A stretch of DNA of 64,000 bases, from NCBI GenBank assembly GCA_965262915.1, contig OZ253564.1:1536001-1600000 (forward strand), given 5' to 3'. The translations under genes and the position numbers were made by a program. Positions 50,236 through 60,261 of the stretch are shown in pieces. Within the stretch, counting starts at the first letter, position 1. Each line of letters opens with the position of its first letter. Origin of the DNA: Candidatus Spongiisociaceae bacterium (GTDB lineage Bacteria; Actinomycetota; Acidimicrobiia; Spongiisociales; Spongiisociaceae). A model generated the notes under the pieces. It made no database searches. It was not told the DNA's origin and saw nothing but the letters and a program-made list of their open reading frames with translations.

Positions 50236-51771
50236 GTGAGCGATACCGGGGGTGGTACCGAGGCTGCCGATATGGGTCGCCGCTACCGCATTGCCATCGG
50301 CGGGATACTCACGGAGAGCAACGACTTCTGCGGACAGCCAACTGACATCGCCGCCTTCGAGCGTGGCGTTTTCGCCCGGGGCGATGCCGTGCTTGAGCTC
50401 GAAAGTTCCAGCGTTGGAGGGATGCTCAAGGGGCTTCGCGAATACGGCGCCGACATAGTGCCGCTGTTCTTCGCCGCAGCCCACCCGGGTGGGGCGGTGA
50501 CGTCGGAAGCGTACTCGAGCATGCGAGCGGAGTTGCTCGGTGCTCTCGAGCAGGCCTTACCGGTCGACGGTGTGCTGTTACCCCTTCACGGCTCGGCGGC
50601 CGCGGAGGACGTAGACGACCCGGAAGGCGACATCGCCGGTGCGGTGCGATCGCTGGTCGGACCAGCGGCCCCGATTGTCGTGTCTCTCGACCTGCACGCG
50701 TCGATTACCGTCGCCATGATGCGCCACTGCGATGTCCTCTTGGGCTGTGAGACGTATCCGCACACGGACTACGACAAGACCGGCGAGCGGGCGGCGCGAA
50801 TGATCCACCAGATTCTCGATGGTGCGATCAACCCGACGATGGTGATGGCCAAGGCGCCGATGATCGTAGGTGCAGTGAACACTGCGACTGCGGGACCGGG
50901 ACCGTTTGGTGATCTCATGCGGGGCGCCAAGGCCTTCGAGGGACAAGGCGGCGTGATCTCGACCAGCGCGTTCCTGGTCCATCCGCATCTCGACCGACCG
51001 GAGATGGGCAGTGGTGCACTCGTCATCACCGACGACGACGTCGAGATCGCCACCGAGATCGCCACCGACCTCGCCGCTGATTTCTGGCGGCGACGTGCCG
51101 ACATCGAGCCTTCCCTGTTCTCACCTGAAGCTGCGGTCCGGCGCGGGCTCGAAGCGGAGGGCGGGCCGGTGATCCTGGTCGAGGCCGCTGACTGTGTAGG
51201 CGGGGGCGCCACCGGAGACAGCGTGGCCACCCTCGCGGCCCTCCTCGATGCCGGGGTTCGTGAAGAGTGCTTGGTCCCGGTCGTCGATCCGGGTGTCGCC
51301 GCGGTCTGTCACGACGCCGGAGTCGGCGCGGAGGTCACCGTCGCTATCGGACATTCCGTCGATCCTCAGTGGGGCGACCCGATCGAAGTGACCGGCACGG
51401 TCGACAGGCTGAGCGATGGCCGCTTCACCTACGTGGGCGGGGCGTTTGAAGGGGAGGCAACGATGGGACCGTCGGCCGTGCTCTCCATAGGCGCGATCCG
51501 GGTCCTCGTCATGACCCATGGTACCTACGACTGGTGTGACGAGCAGTTCCGGGCGGTTGGTCTCGATCCGAGCGCCGCGAAGTTCATCGTTGCCAAGAAT
51601 CCGATGAACCATGTCATGACCTACGGTGACATCGCAACGGAGATCGTCGTCATCGACAGCCCGGGTCCGACTCCGGCGACGGTACGGGGCCTCCCGTTCC
51701 GTCGTCTCGACCGACCGGTCTACCCGTTCGACGAGGACATCCCGGATTTGGAGCCGTTGATTCTCCAATGA
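50236..51771 (+). CDS. M81 family metallopeptidase (MlrC-like)
   Basis: TESNDF, LHGS...DDPEGD, SLDLHA, YPHTD, D..GGGATGD. Confidence 0.9.
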   Translation: MSDTGGGTEAADMGRRYRIAIGGILTESNDFCGQPTDIAAFERGVFARGDAVLELESSSVGGMLKGLREYGADIVPLFFAAAHPGGAVTSEAYSSMRAELLGALEQALPVDGVLLPLHGSAAAEDVDDPEGDIAGAVRSLVGPAAPIVVSLDLHASITVAMMRHCDVLLGCETYPHTDYDKTGERAARMIHQILDGAINPTMVMAKAPMIVGAVNTATAGPGPFGDLMRGAKAFEGQGGVISTSAFLVHPHLDRPEMGSGALVITDDDVEIATEIATDLAADFWRRRADIEPSLFSPEAAVRRGLEAEGGPVILVEAADCVGGGATGDSVATLAALLDAGVREECLVPVVDPGVAAVCHDAGVGAEVTVAIGHSVDPQWGDPIEVTGTVDRLSDGRFTYVGGAFEGEATMGPSAVLSIGAIRVLVMTHGTYDWCDEQFRAVGLDPSAAKFIVAKNPMNHVMTYGDIATEIVVIDSPGPTPATVRGLPFRRLDRPVYPFDEDIPDLEPLILQ

Positions 51772-52247
51772 GGCAAGATACTGCTAGCCAGAAACCTCCC
51801 GTGAACCTCCGCGTGTTTGGATCCCGCCGGATCCGGCTTCTTCTCCCACATCGAAGGCGAGTTATCGCGCTTTTAATGTTTGTGGCGCTGCTCGCCCAGG
51901 CGTGCGGCGGCGACAACCCCGGTTCGGGTGCGGTAGCGACGACAGCGGGCGCCGGAACCACCGCCGGGGCGTCGGCTTCCGCCATCTCTCTGGAAGAGGT
52001 GGTCTCTCACTGTGGGGTCGACGAGATCCGCAGTGGTCTCGAGGACCGGACCGAGGAGGAGTTGGTGGCCACCTACAACTCGTTGCTGATACAAATCTCC
52101 CACCGGCACGAGTCTCGTGAAGCTATGCCGGCCCATGTGGTTGTGCTGGGCGAGGAGGGTGCGCGGCTCTTCCATGATGGCGACGCCCTCGGCGGCGCAG
52201 CGCATATGGACGCGGCTGTCAACTGTGTGCTGGTGCTCGGATCGTGA
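51768..52247 (+). CDS. Hypothetical lipoprotein
   Basis: RRRVIALLMFVALLAQAC-GG lipobox; ATGA overlap; start uncertain. Confidence 0.6.
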   Translation: MRQDTASQKPPVNLRVFGSRRIRLLLPHRRRVIALLMFVALLAQACGGDNPGSGAVATTAGAGTTAGASASAISLEEVVSHCGVDEIRSGLEDRTEEELVATYNSLLIQISHRHESREAMPAHVVVLGEEGARLFHDGDALGGAAHMDAAVNCVLVLGS

Positions 52248-52359
52248 GGGTCGCCGGCGCGGTAGCCGAGATCCTGAGACGGGAAGGCGTCGAGTTCATC
52301 ACCGCCAAGGAGAACACCTATTCGGTCTACTGAGCGCGATCGGCCCAGGTCCTTTCGCC

Positions 52360-52778
52360 AGGAAGCGCCCGAGCCGTGGTCGCGCGAGTCGGGCTTCGTC
52401 ACCCTGCACGCAAATCCGAACGAGCCGTCCCACCGTCTCATCGGAGTGGAACAGCTGAAGCGTATGACACCCACCGCATAGCTCATCAACACCGCCCGGG
52501 GCCGACTGATCGACCAGGAGGCATTGACCGAGGCTCTGCAGACGGAATCATCGTCGGCGCCGCTCTCGACGTTTCTAGAGACGGAACCTCTCGGGGAAGA
52601 CGAACCACTCCGACCTTCCCAACGTCATCTGCTTTCCCCACATCGGTACCGCCACCACACAGACCCGCCGTCGAATGCGGGAGCCGGCGGTACGCAACCT
52701 GGTTGTAGCCCTGGCGCCGGTGAGACTCCGCCCGCAGCGGTGAACCTGGACGTGTTGACGCCGCCCTCATCGGTGTAG
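52360..52778 (+). pseudogene. D-2-hydroxyacid dehydrogenase pseudogene (C-terminal half)
   Basis: FVTLH...KRMTPTA*LINTARG.LID..AL / GAALDV / ETEPL / PHIGTAT; in-frame TAG plus several frameshifts. Confidence 0.85.
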
Positions 52779-52804
52779 CCTCGGTGCAGCGAGACGGGAG
52801 AACC

Positions 52805-53881
52805 ATGTTCGACGGCGAGCCGGTCGCTTCGATACCAGGGGGCCGGATGGGTGCGGCCCGGGTATGGGACGTCCGGGGTTCGTTCGAGCCGGCAGAAGCC
52901 TTGGCGGCGCTACCGGGCGCTGTGAGCGTTGAGGACGCGGCCCGGTCGCTGCTGTCCGGAATGCTATTGGTACGCCGCTTCGAGGAAACAGCGGTAGAGC
53001 TGATGAGGCAGGGCCGCATCGTCGGGGCTGTCCATACCAGTATCGGGCAGGAGGCGACCGCGGTCGGGATCTGCTCGGCGCTGGCGCCGCAGGACCTGAT
53101 CACGGGCACCCACCGATCGCACGGTCATCTGCTGGCGAAGGGATCATCGCCGAAAGCTCTGATGGCGGAGCTTTTCGGAAAGACAACGGGGGTAAGCCGA
53201 GGGCGAGGCGGGTCGATGCATGTTGCTGACATCGAAAAGGGCTCTCTGGGCGCATCGGGGATTGTCGGTGGCGGTCTCCCCATTGCGGTGGGAGCAGCAT
53301 GGGCTCGGCGGCTGCAGGGTGAAGACCTGGTGAGCCTGGCCTTCTTCGGTGACGGCGCCGCCAACCAGGGAATGGTCCATGAGGCGATGAATCTGGCCGC
53401 GGTCTGGCGGACGCCGACGATCTTCGTTTGCGAGAACAACGGTTACGCCATCTCGACACCGGCCGAGGACACGGTGGCCGGCGAACACGTTGCGTACCGT
53501 GCCCTGGCCTACGGCTTCGACGGATGCATTGCCGATGGACAGAACGTGTTCGAGATGCTGGCTGTGGCAACTGCGGTCACGACGTTGGTTCGCAGCCGGC
53601 AGGCACCATTCCTCATCGAGGCGAAGACCTACCGGTACCGTGAGCACGCCGAAGGAATCTCATTGGCTTACCGCGATGACTCCGAAATCGAAGACTGGAA
53701 GAGTCGACGTGATCCGATCGCCACGTTCGTCGCGACCACAGATGAGTTGGGCATTCTGTCTCCGAACGACGTTGCGGAGATCGAGGACCGGATCAACGAG
53801 GTGATGAGCGAGGCCGTGGCGTTCGCCCAAGACAGTCCTGCGCCCGATCCCTCGGAGCTATACCGTTACCTCTATGCCTGA
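52805..53881 (+). CDS. TPP-dependent dehydrogenase E1 alpha (acetoin/pyruvate DH-like)
   Basis: GQEA, HRSHGH, GRGGSMH, GDGAANQG...ENN, TYRYREH. Confidence 0.93.
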   Translation: MFDGEPVASIPGGRMGAARVWDVRGSFEPAEALAALPGAVSVEDAARSLLSGMLLVRRFEETAVELMRQGRIVGAVHTSIGQEATAVGICSALAPQDLITGTHRSHGHLLAKGSSPKALMAELFGKTTGVSRGRGGSMHVADIEKGSLGASGIVGGGLPIAVGAAWARRLQGEDLVSLAFFGDGAANQGMVHEAMNLAAVWRTPTIFVCENNGYAISTPAEDTVAGEHVAYRALAYGFDGCIADGQNVFEMLAVATAVTTLVRSRQAPFLIEAKTYRYREHAEGISLAYRDDSEIEDWKSRRDPIATFVATTDELGILSPNDVAEIEDRINEVMSEAVAFAQDSPAPDPSELYRYLYA

Positions 53882-54872
53882 TCCTGCGCCATCCACCGAC
53901 AGGCATCTGAGCTACCTCGACGCCATCCGGGAGGCACAGCTCGAGGAGATGCGCGCTGACCAAAACGTGGTGATCCTGGGTGAGGACGTGCGTTCCGGCT
54001 TCTATGGAACGACGCACGGGCTCGCCGCCGAGTTCGGCGATGACCGGGTGATCGATACTCCCATCTCCGAGGCAGGTTTCGTCGGCGCCGCGATCGGGGC
54101 CGCCATGTCGGGCCTGCGGCCGATCGTGGATCTGGAGATGGCGCCTTTCGTGTACGTATCGATCGATCAACTGGTGAGCCAGGCGGCCAAGAGCCCGTAC
54201 ATGTTCGGTGGCCGGATACGGATCCCGATCGTTGTCAGGGCGGCGATGTTCTACGGGGCGGGCCTCGCCGCACAGCATTCTGATCGTCCGTACCCCATGT
54301 TGCTCGGCGTGCCAGGGCTCACGGTCGTCACCCCGGCGTCGCCAACCGACGCGAAGTATCTGCTCAAGGCGGCAATCCGCGACGACAATCCTGTCGTAAT
54401 TCTCGAGGACGCCGGGCTGTGGTCGGCTCGTGAGTTCGTTCCCGAGGAGGATCCAACGCGCTCGCGACAGGTTCTGGGCGTCTCCCGGATCGTTCGGCGG
54501 GGCTCCGATGTCACCGTCGTGGCGGTGGCTCGAATGGTGCGCGAAGCCCTGCGGGCGGCCGAGCGCCTCGAAGATGAAGGGGTGTCGGTGGAGGTCATCG
54601 ATCCCCGCACCTTGAATCCGGCGGACTGGGACACGATGTTGGCATCTGCAGAACGCACCGGGCGCCTGGTGGCTGTGGACCCGGCTCATCGCACGGCCTC
54701 ATTTGCGAGTGAATGCGTGGCCCGAATCGCCTCAGAGGCTTTCGACGCTCTGCGGAGCCCGCCGGTCATCGTGGCGACACCGGATGTGCATCCCCCGTTT
54801 GCGCCCACGATGGAGCGGGGCCTGTACCCCGATGCTGACTCGATCGCCGCCGCATGCCGGTCCGTGTTGTAG
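53874..54872 (+). CDS. TPP-dependent dehydrogenase E1 beta
   Basis: GEDV, DTPISEAGF, GLRP, AAQHS, IDPRTL. Confidence 0.93.
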   Translation: MPDPAPSTDRHLSYLDAIREAQLEEMRADQNVVILGEDVRSGFYGTTHGLAAEFGDDRVIDTPISEAGFVGAAIGAAMSGLRPIVDLEMAPFVYVSIDQLVSQAAKSPYMFGGRIRIPIVVRAAMFYGAGLAAQHSDRPYPMLLGVPGLTVVTPASPTDAKYLLKAAIRDDNPVVILEDAGLWSAREFVPEEDPTRSRQVLGVSRIVRRGSDVTVVAVARMVREALRAAERLEDEGVSVEVIDPRTLNPADWDTMLASAERTGRLVAVDPAHRTASFASECVARIASEAFDALRSPPVIVATPDVHPPFAPTMERGLYPDADSIAAACRSVL

Positions 54873-54881
54873 GAGACAGGC

Positions 54882-55127
54882 GTGGTCGATTCGATAGAAG
54901 TTGTAATGCCTCAGTACGGCATGGGGATGATGGAGGGAATCATCGCGACGTGGCGCGTGACGGTAGGTGACATTGTGACCCGGTGGCAGGTGATCGCCGA
55001 CGTGGAGGTGGAAAAGGTAGACGTCGAGCTCGAGGCGCCGGCTGCCGGTCAGATCACAGAGATATGCGTCGCCGAAGGAGAGTCCGCCGTCGTGCAGCAG
55101 GTTGTGGCGCGCATCGCACCGCAGTAG
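54882..55127 (+). CDS. Stand-alone lipoyl domain protein
   Basis: MPQYGMGMMEG...VEVEKVDVELEAPAAG; 81 aa, no E2 catalytic domain. Confidence 0.85.
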   Translation: MVDSIEVVMPQYGMGMMEGIIATWRVTVGDIVTRWQVIADVEVEKVDVELEAPAAGQITEICVAEGESAVVQQVVARIAPQ

Positions 55128-55219
55128 CGGCGCGGCGGTGAGAAAAGCAGGCCCCTCGAGGCTTTGCCAGGGCCTGACCCCATACTCCTGACGCCATAGC
55201 TATGGAGGCTTCGCGCGCC

Positions 55220-56452
55220 TCAAACGAGTGCTTGGTCGAGGGCGTCGATGAGGCGGTCGATCTCGTCCTTGGTCGTGTAGTGGATGAAGGACATCCGGAG
55301 GACGCCGTTCTCAGGGGTTATCCCCATCCCCTCCAACAGGCGGGGGGCGTAGAAGTCGCCGGCGCCGACCATCATCTTCTGCCCGGTGAGGGCCGCCACC
55401 ATGTCGGGGATGGGGCGTAGCAGTGGGACGATCGAGACGGTGGGTGTGCGCCGGGTTGGATCGACCGGACCGGCTACCCGCACGTCGTCCCGCCCGGTCA
55501 GGTAGCTCAGGAGAGGACTCAGGAGGTTCGTCTCGTGGGCGCGGAAGAGGTCGTGGACGATCCGACCCCGCTCCACGGGGATGGCCTCGGACTCCTCGTG
55601 ATACGTGTATATAGCGTCGAGGTAGTCGATGATCCCCGCGCAGGCCGCAATCTGGGCGTGGTCGGGCCCGGCTGGTACCAGTTTGTTACGGGGCTGGGCG
55701 GCGACGAAGTAGTGGCCCTCGTTCCCCAGGCGGTCGGCCAGTTCCCGCCGAACGACCATCACCCCTTGATGGGGACCCCACGTCTTGTAGGCGGAGAACA
55801 GGTAGACATCCACTCCGAGGGCTCCCACGTCCGGTAGGCCGTGAGGGGCGTAGGACACCCCGTCGACCACCACCTGAGCGCCCACGGCCGACGCTCGGGC
55901 CACGACCTCGGTGACCGGGTTGACGGCGGCCACGACGTTGGAGGCGTGGGGGAAGGCCACCAGGCGGGTACGTTCGTTCACCAACTCGTCGAGATCGGCG
56001 AGGTTGAGGGTTCCCGTGATGGGGTCGACTCGCCATTCCCGCACCGTGATCCCCGTGGCCTCCAGGCGCCTCCACACTCCGGCGTTGGCCTCGTGGTCCT
56101 GGGTGGAGGCGACGATCTCGTCACCGCTCTGCCACATGTGACGGAACGCACGGGCGAGGACGTAGGTGTTCTGGGAGGTGGAAGGTCCGAAGTGGATCTC
56201 GTCCGCTCCCACCCCCATCCACGCCGCCAGGCGCTGGTACGAGTTCTCCATGGCGGCGGCGGCCGCGACGGAGAGCGGAAAGGTGTGGTCGGGCTGCACC
56301 TTGGTGTGGCGGTAGAAGTCGGTGAGCCGATCGATCACCTGCCGGCAGACATAGGAACCGCCGGCGTTCTCGAAGTGCGCCCATTCCCTCAGGCGGGCAT
56401 CGGAGAAGGCAGGGAACTGGCGACGGGCGTATTCGACATCGAGGGGTCCCAC
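55220..56452 (-). CDS. Class V aminotransferase / cysteine desulfurase-like protein
   Basis: FENAGGS, DHEAN, DGVSYAPH, SAYKTWGPH, RMSFIHY. Confidence 0.88.
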   Translation of the reverse strand: MGPLDVEYARRQFPAFSDARLREWAHFENAGGSYVCRQVIDRLTDFYRHTKVQPDHTFPLSVAAAAAMENSYQRLAAWMGVGADEIHFGPSTSQNTYVLARAFRHMWQSGDEIVASTQDHEANAGVWRRLEATGITVREWRVDPITGTLNLADLDELVNERTRLVAFPHASNVVAAVNPVTEVVARASAVGAQVVVDGVSYAPHGLPDVGALGVDVYLFSAYKTWGPHQGVMVVRRELADRLGNEGHYFVAAQPRNKLVPAGPDHAQIAACAGIIDYLDAIYTYHEESEAIPVERGRIVHDLFRAHETNLLSPLLSYLTGRDDVRVAGPVDPTRRTPTVSIVPLLRPIPDMVAALTGQKMMVGAGDFYAPRLLEGMGITPENGVLRMSFIHYTTKDEIDRLIDALDQALV

Positions 56453-56575
56453 AGGTTTCCTCCGGCTCGGGGTCCACCCGCCGGAGTTTGCCAGATCAGG
56501 GTGACGTCGCACGGGTGCCCTACGTCGAGAAGGCCATATCATGAGTTGCCGCTGCACCCTCCGTTCCGAACGGGC

Positions 56576-56980
56576 TCAGGTACTTTCGAGCACGACGACC
56601 GGGATGACCCGTGATGTCCTGGCTTCGTACTCGGCGAACTGGGAGTAATCCCGTTTCTGGCGACTCCAGATACGGTCCCTCTCGTCCCCCTGGGCGACAC
56701 GGGCTATGACCCGGACCGTCTCGGTCCCGACCTCCACCTCCGTTCGGGGATTCGCCACTAGGTTGTGGTACCAGTCGGGGTTGGTGTCGGCCCCGGCCTT
56801 GGAGGCGAAGACCGCGTAGTCACGCCCCACGTCCTGGTACGCGAGCGGGGTAACCCTTCGGGTACCCGTCCGGGCGCCGACATGGTGGAGAAGCAACAGC
56901 GACCGGCCTTCGAACATACTGCCCACCTTGCCGCCGTTGGCCCGAAACTCCTCTATCACACCCTGGTTCCAGTCGCTCAT
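56576..56980 (-). CDS. F420-dependent nitroreductase family (Ddn-like) oxidoreductase
   Basis: IEEFRANGG, ASKAGA..NPDWYHNL.ANP, R.IPVVVL. Confidence 0.92.
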   Translation of the reverse strand: MSDWNQGVIEEFRANGGKVGSMFEGRSLLLLHHVGARTGTRRVTPLAYQDVGRDYAVFASKAGADTNPDWYHNLVANPRTEVEVGTETVRVIARVAQGDERDRIWSRQKRDYSQFAEYEARTSRVIPVVVLEST

Positions 56981-57150
56981 TCCACCTTCCTTCCTCTAGT
57001 CTGCCCGGCGACTATCCCGGTCCCGAGTCGAGAATGGCACAGTCCTGGAATTACCCGAACACGGGAAGCCCGTCGCTGAGTTCCTGGCAGGATCGGAGTG
57101 AGTGCGATTCCCCGGCCCGGGGAGGAATCGATCTGGGTGGACGGGTTTAT

Positions 57151-57250
57151 GAGAGTGCTGAGCAATCCACGAGCGGCCCGTTGCTCAACGAGAGAATGCT
57201 TGGTCGGCGAGCGACGGGCCACGAGCAATCGTCGTTGTTCAGCGTTCTCC
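57151..57250. mobile_element. ~100-bp palindromic MITE-like element, copy 2
   Basis: GAGAGTGCTGAGCAATCCAC...TTGTTCAGCGTTCTCC, colinear with 50028-50128; abuts a TAG stop. Confidence 0.7.
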
Positions 57251-57519
57251 TACAGCGGGGTGAGCCTCCGGGGCTCCGGCGGACCCTTGGGGGGACCCGG
57301 GTGGCCTTCGTGGCGACCTTCGATACGGGCGAAGCTCTTGCCGTTAGCCACCACCTCGCGGGTCAGGTCGCCGAACTCCGCATCTACCCGGTCGAACCGT
57401 CTGTCGATCCGGTCGAACCGCTTGTCGATCCGGTCGAACCTCCTGACCTGGGAACGCCACAGCAGCGTACCGATGCCGACGAGAATCGCAGGGTTGATCC
57501 AGAATGCAATAGATTCCAT
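57250..57519 (-). CDS. Small TM plus coiled-coil protein with RFDRID heptads
   Basis: MESIAFWINP-TM-(RFDRIDx)3-DLTREVVANGKS.ARIEGR. Confidence 0.7.
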   Translation of the reverse strand: MESIAFWINPAILVGIGTLLWRSQVRRFDRIDKRFDRIDRRFDRVDAEFGDLTREVVANGKSFARIEGRHEGHPGPPKGPPEPRRLTPL

Positions 57520-57601
57520 ATCGATAGTGTACATCGTTGCCGGGTCGTGACAACCCCCTTGACCACAGCTTACGCGGAAGTTCCGAGGACTGGTGTGGGC
57601 C

Positions 57602-57814
57602 CTATTCGGCGGCCGACAGCGCCCATGGGCGACCTTCGATGCGGGCGATGCTCTTGCCGTTCGCCACTACCTCGCGGGTCAGATCGCGGAACTGCATGTT
57701 GACCTCGGTGAACTGCGTGTCGATCCGGTCGAACTTCTTGACCAGGAACCTCCAGAGCAACGAGCCGATACCGACGACCAATACGGGGTTGATCCAGAAA
57801 GAAATCGAGTCCAT
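57602..57814 (-). CDS. Tandem paralog of 57250..57519
   Basis: MDSISFWINP-TM-KFDRID...DLTREVVANGKSIARIEGR. Confidence 0.7.
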   Translation of the reverse strand: MDSISFWINPVLVVGIGSLLWRFLVKKFDRIDTQFTEVNMQFRDLTREVVANGKSIARIEGRPWALSAAE

Positions 57815-57970
57815 ACCGATAGTCTATAGGTTTCCCGGGCTGTTTCAACCCCCTTACCCCGATCGCAGACGGCTTCTGTGGCACACCTACCTCCCAGCTC
57901 GTCAAGCGATGAGTTCCGGTAGCGTCCGTTAGGGTGGACCACTGATCGAAGGGGGAGACACATCGTCGAT

Positions 57971-58849
57971 GTGTGGGACCGGATGAGTGGAGGCTTGCTC
58001 GGTGTTGCGGCCGGAGACGCTCTCGGCGCGACCGTCGAGTTCATGACCGCCGCCGATATCCGTCGCAAGTTCGGGGTCCACCGCGAGATCATCGGTGGTG
58101 GGCCCTTCGAATGGCGCCCCGGCCAGGGAACCGACGACACCGATCTCACCTGGGCGGTTCTGGCCGCCTATCTCGACGGTACCTACACGCTCGAACGAGC
58201 AGCCGCCAACATGCTCGACTGGTTCCACTCGCGACCCCCAGACGTCGGTGGGGCCACCGCCCAAGCCCTCTCGCGCCTGGACCGGACCGGCGATCCGCGA
58301 ACGAGTGGAAACACCGGAGAGTTCTCCTGCGGGAACGGGTCTCTGATGCGCTGCATCCCCACTGCGCTGGCCCGACGCGACGACACCATCCGCCGCCGGG
58401 AGATGGTCGAGATATCGGCGGTCACCCATGCCCACATCCAATGCACGGACAGTTGTGTGGCCTACGGCGAGATCGTCAACGCCCTCCTCGAAGGGGCGGA
58501 GGTTCCGGATGCGCTGGCCGCGGCGCGCGCCTCGGACCTGCACCCCAAAGTCCAAAAGGCGCTCGACATCGATCCGCGGTTACCTGTGGACCGTCTACGT
58601 ACATCCGGTTACGTGATCGACTCGCTGGGCTGCGCAGTCTGGGCGATCCAGCAGGACGCAACCTTCGAGGAAGTCATCGTAGCCCTGGTAAACCGCGGTC
58701 GCGACACCGATACCACAGGAGCCATAGCAGGAGGCCTAGTCGGTGTCGTTCAGGGAATTGAGGCCATACCCCCTCGCTGGCGGCAGAAGCTCGAGTACCA
58801 CGACCGCTTGGTAGCCGCCATCCCTCACCTGGCAGCCCTTCGCAGGTGA
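57971..58849 (+). CDS. ADP-ribosylglycohydrolase family protein
   Basis: GDALG, TDDT, GNGSLMR, TH, DTDTTGAIAG. Confidence 0.93.
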   Translation: MWDRMSGGLLGVAAGDALGATVEFMTAADIRRKFGVHREIIGGGPFEWRPGQGTDDTDLTWAVLAAYLDGTYTLERAAANMLDWFHSRPPDVGGATAQALSRLDRTGDPRTSGNTGEFSCGNGSLMRCIPTALARRDDTIRRREMVEISAVTHAHIQCTDSCVAYGEIVNALLEGAEVPDALAAARASDLHPKVQKALDIDPRLPVDRLRTSGYVIDSLGCAVWAIQQDATFEEVIVALVNRGRDTDTTGAIAGGLVGVVQGIEAIPPRWRQKLEYHDRLVAAIPHLAALRR

Positions 58850-58937
58850 CGCGAGGCTAGAAGGCCCGCATAACGCTCCTACCTCTTGTAGACGGAAGCC
58901 ACCCGGTATCTAGGCTCAGGACGGCTAGTCTTTAGGC

Positions 58938-59705
58938 ATGGCTCAACTACAACTACGTCCGCACAGCGTCGGTGACATAATCGACGCGTCGTTCACCGTC
59001 TATCGCAAACGCTTCGGCCCGATGATCGGCATCGCCTTGATGCTGGTCTTCATCCCGTTCGTCGTAGGCGTCATCGGGGGGTGCACGATCACAGAACTGC
59101 AGACATCGTGCGACACGGCCATAGGTTGGATCGGTCAGATCGCGTCCCAGATCGGGATGGTCATCGCTGCTGCCGCCGCCATGCCGGTGGCTGCCGAGGC
59201 GTATGTCGGCACATCCGCCGACTGGAGACCATCCGCTGCGGCTGGGCTCCGGAGGATCATCCCGATCGTCGTCGCGACCGTGGTTGTAACCGTTGCTGTC
59301 GCTATCGGCTTCGTATTGGTGCTGGTACCCGGGATCTTCCTGGCTGTCTCGTTCGCCGTGTTCACTCCCGTTCTGATGATCGAGAGGGTCGGTCCGATGG
59401 AGAGCCTCGGGCGGTCCTGGCGCTTGGTCACCGGGGAACGTTGGCGCCTGTTCGGTGCGGGGCTGTCCATGATCATCATCTCGGTCATCGTGTTGGGGAT
59501 CATCGGCTTCGTTCTGTATCTCGTATTGTCGGGGCTTGGCGGGCTCAGTGAAGGGGATGCGTCCTACTACACCCAGCAGATCGTCACTCTCCTGAGCATC
59601 CCGCTCAGCGCCGCGGTCGGGGCGGTACTGTACGTAGACCTGCGGGTACGGAAGGAAAACCTCGACGTTGAGGGGCTGAGTTCCCTGCTGGCCCGCAGAG
59701 ACTGA
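58938..59705 (+). CDS. Multi-pass membrane protein; paralog of 13525..14313
   Basis: MAQLQLRP..., RSWRL, YVDLRVRKE. Confidence 0.8.
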   Translation: MAQLQLRPHSVGDIIDASFTVYRKRFGPMIGIALMLVFIPFVVGVIGGCTITELQTSCDTAIGWIGQIASQIGMVIAAAAAMPVAAEAYVGTSADWRPSAAAGLRRIIPIVVATVVVTVAVAIGFVLVLVPGIFLAVSFAVFTPVLMIERVGPMESLGRSWRLVTGERWRLFGAGLSMIIISVIVLGIIGFVLYLVLSGLGGLSEGDASYYTQQIVTLLSIPLSAAVGAVLYVDLRVRKENLDVEGLSSLLARRD

Positions 59706-59954
59706 TCGGTACGATCCGAACCACAACTGGAAACGATCCGAGCCACCGTATGCTCCGTCCGGGGGTACTCGACAACGTGGACCCCCACGGGCGAGATCAG
59801 AGGCCTACAGTTGACCGATGCCCAGCCCCATTGCCTCCGCGCTGGCGTAGTATCCCATCGTGCGACTCCCCACTGGTTGAGTTCCCCGATCACACCAGTG
59901 ATCCCGTCAGCGGTTTCAATCGGAACCAACGGCCGGCGCTGTCCAACAAGGGCG

Positions 59955-59960
59955 TAGAAT
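59955..59960 (+). promoter_or_regulatory. -10 box of the tRNA-Glu promoter
   Basis: TAGAAT 14 nt upstream of the tRNA 5' end. Confidence 0.55.
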
Positions 59961-59974
59961 CGCCTCACAACGTA

Positions 59975-60048
59975 GGCCCCGTCGTCCAGCCGGCCTAGGA
60001 CGCCGGCCTTTCAAGCCGGAAACGCGGGTTCGAATCCCGTCGGGGCCA
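59975..60048 (+). tRNA. tRNA-Glu(TTC)
   Basis: Acceptor GGCCCCG/CGGGGCC, anticodon arm CCGGC-CT TTC AA-GCCGG, T arm GCGGG-TTCGAAT-CCCGT; CCA not encoded. Confidence 0.97.
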
Positions 60049-60261
60049 CGGCGGGATGTTCGCCACCAATGGGCTGTGATGTTCGCCACTTAGCCGCTGA
60101 GGGGGTTGCAGGCACCGGTTTTGGGGTGTTCGGGCGGTGCCGGGTGGTGGTTCAGCTGGTTTCGCGGTGGGGTGGGATGGTTTTGCCGGCCCGGGGTGGG
60201 GGTGGGTGATGTTCGGGACGTGGCGGGTCGGACCCTTCCGGGTTGCCGCGTCGTGGTGCCC

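Noticed and set aside
59710-59950. Possible enolase-superfamily N-terminal fragment (LVPIETADGITG) on the minus strand
   Set aside because: The match is too short and degenerate to support without a search.
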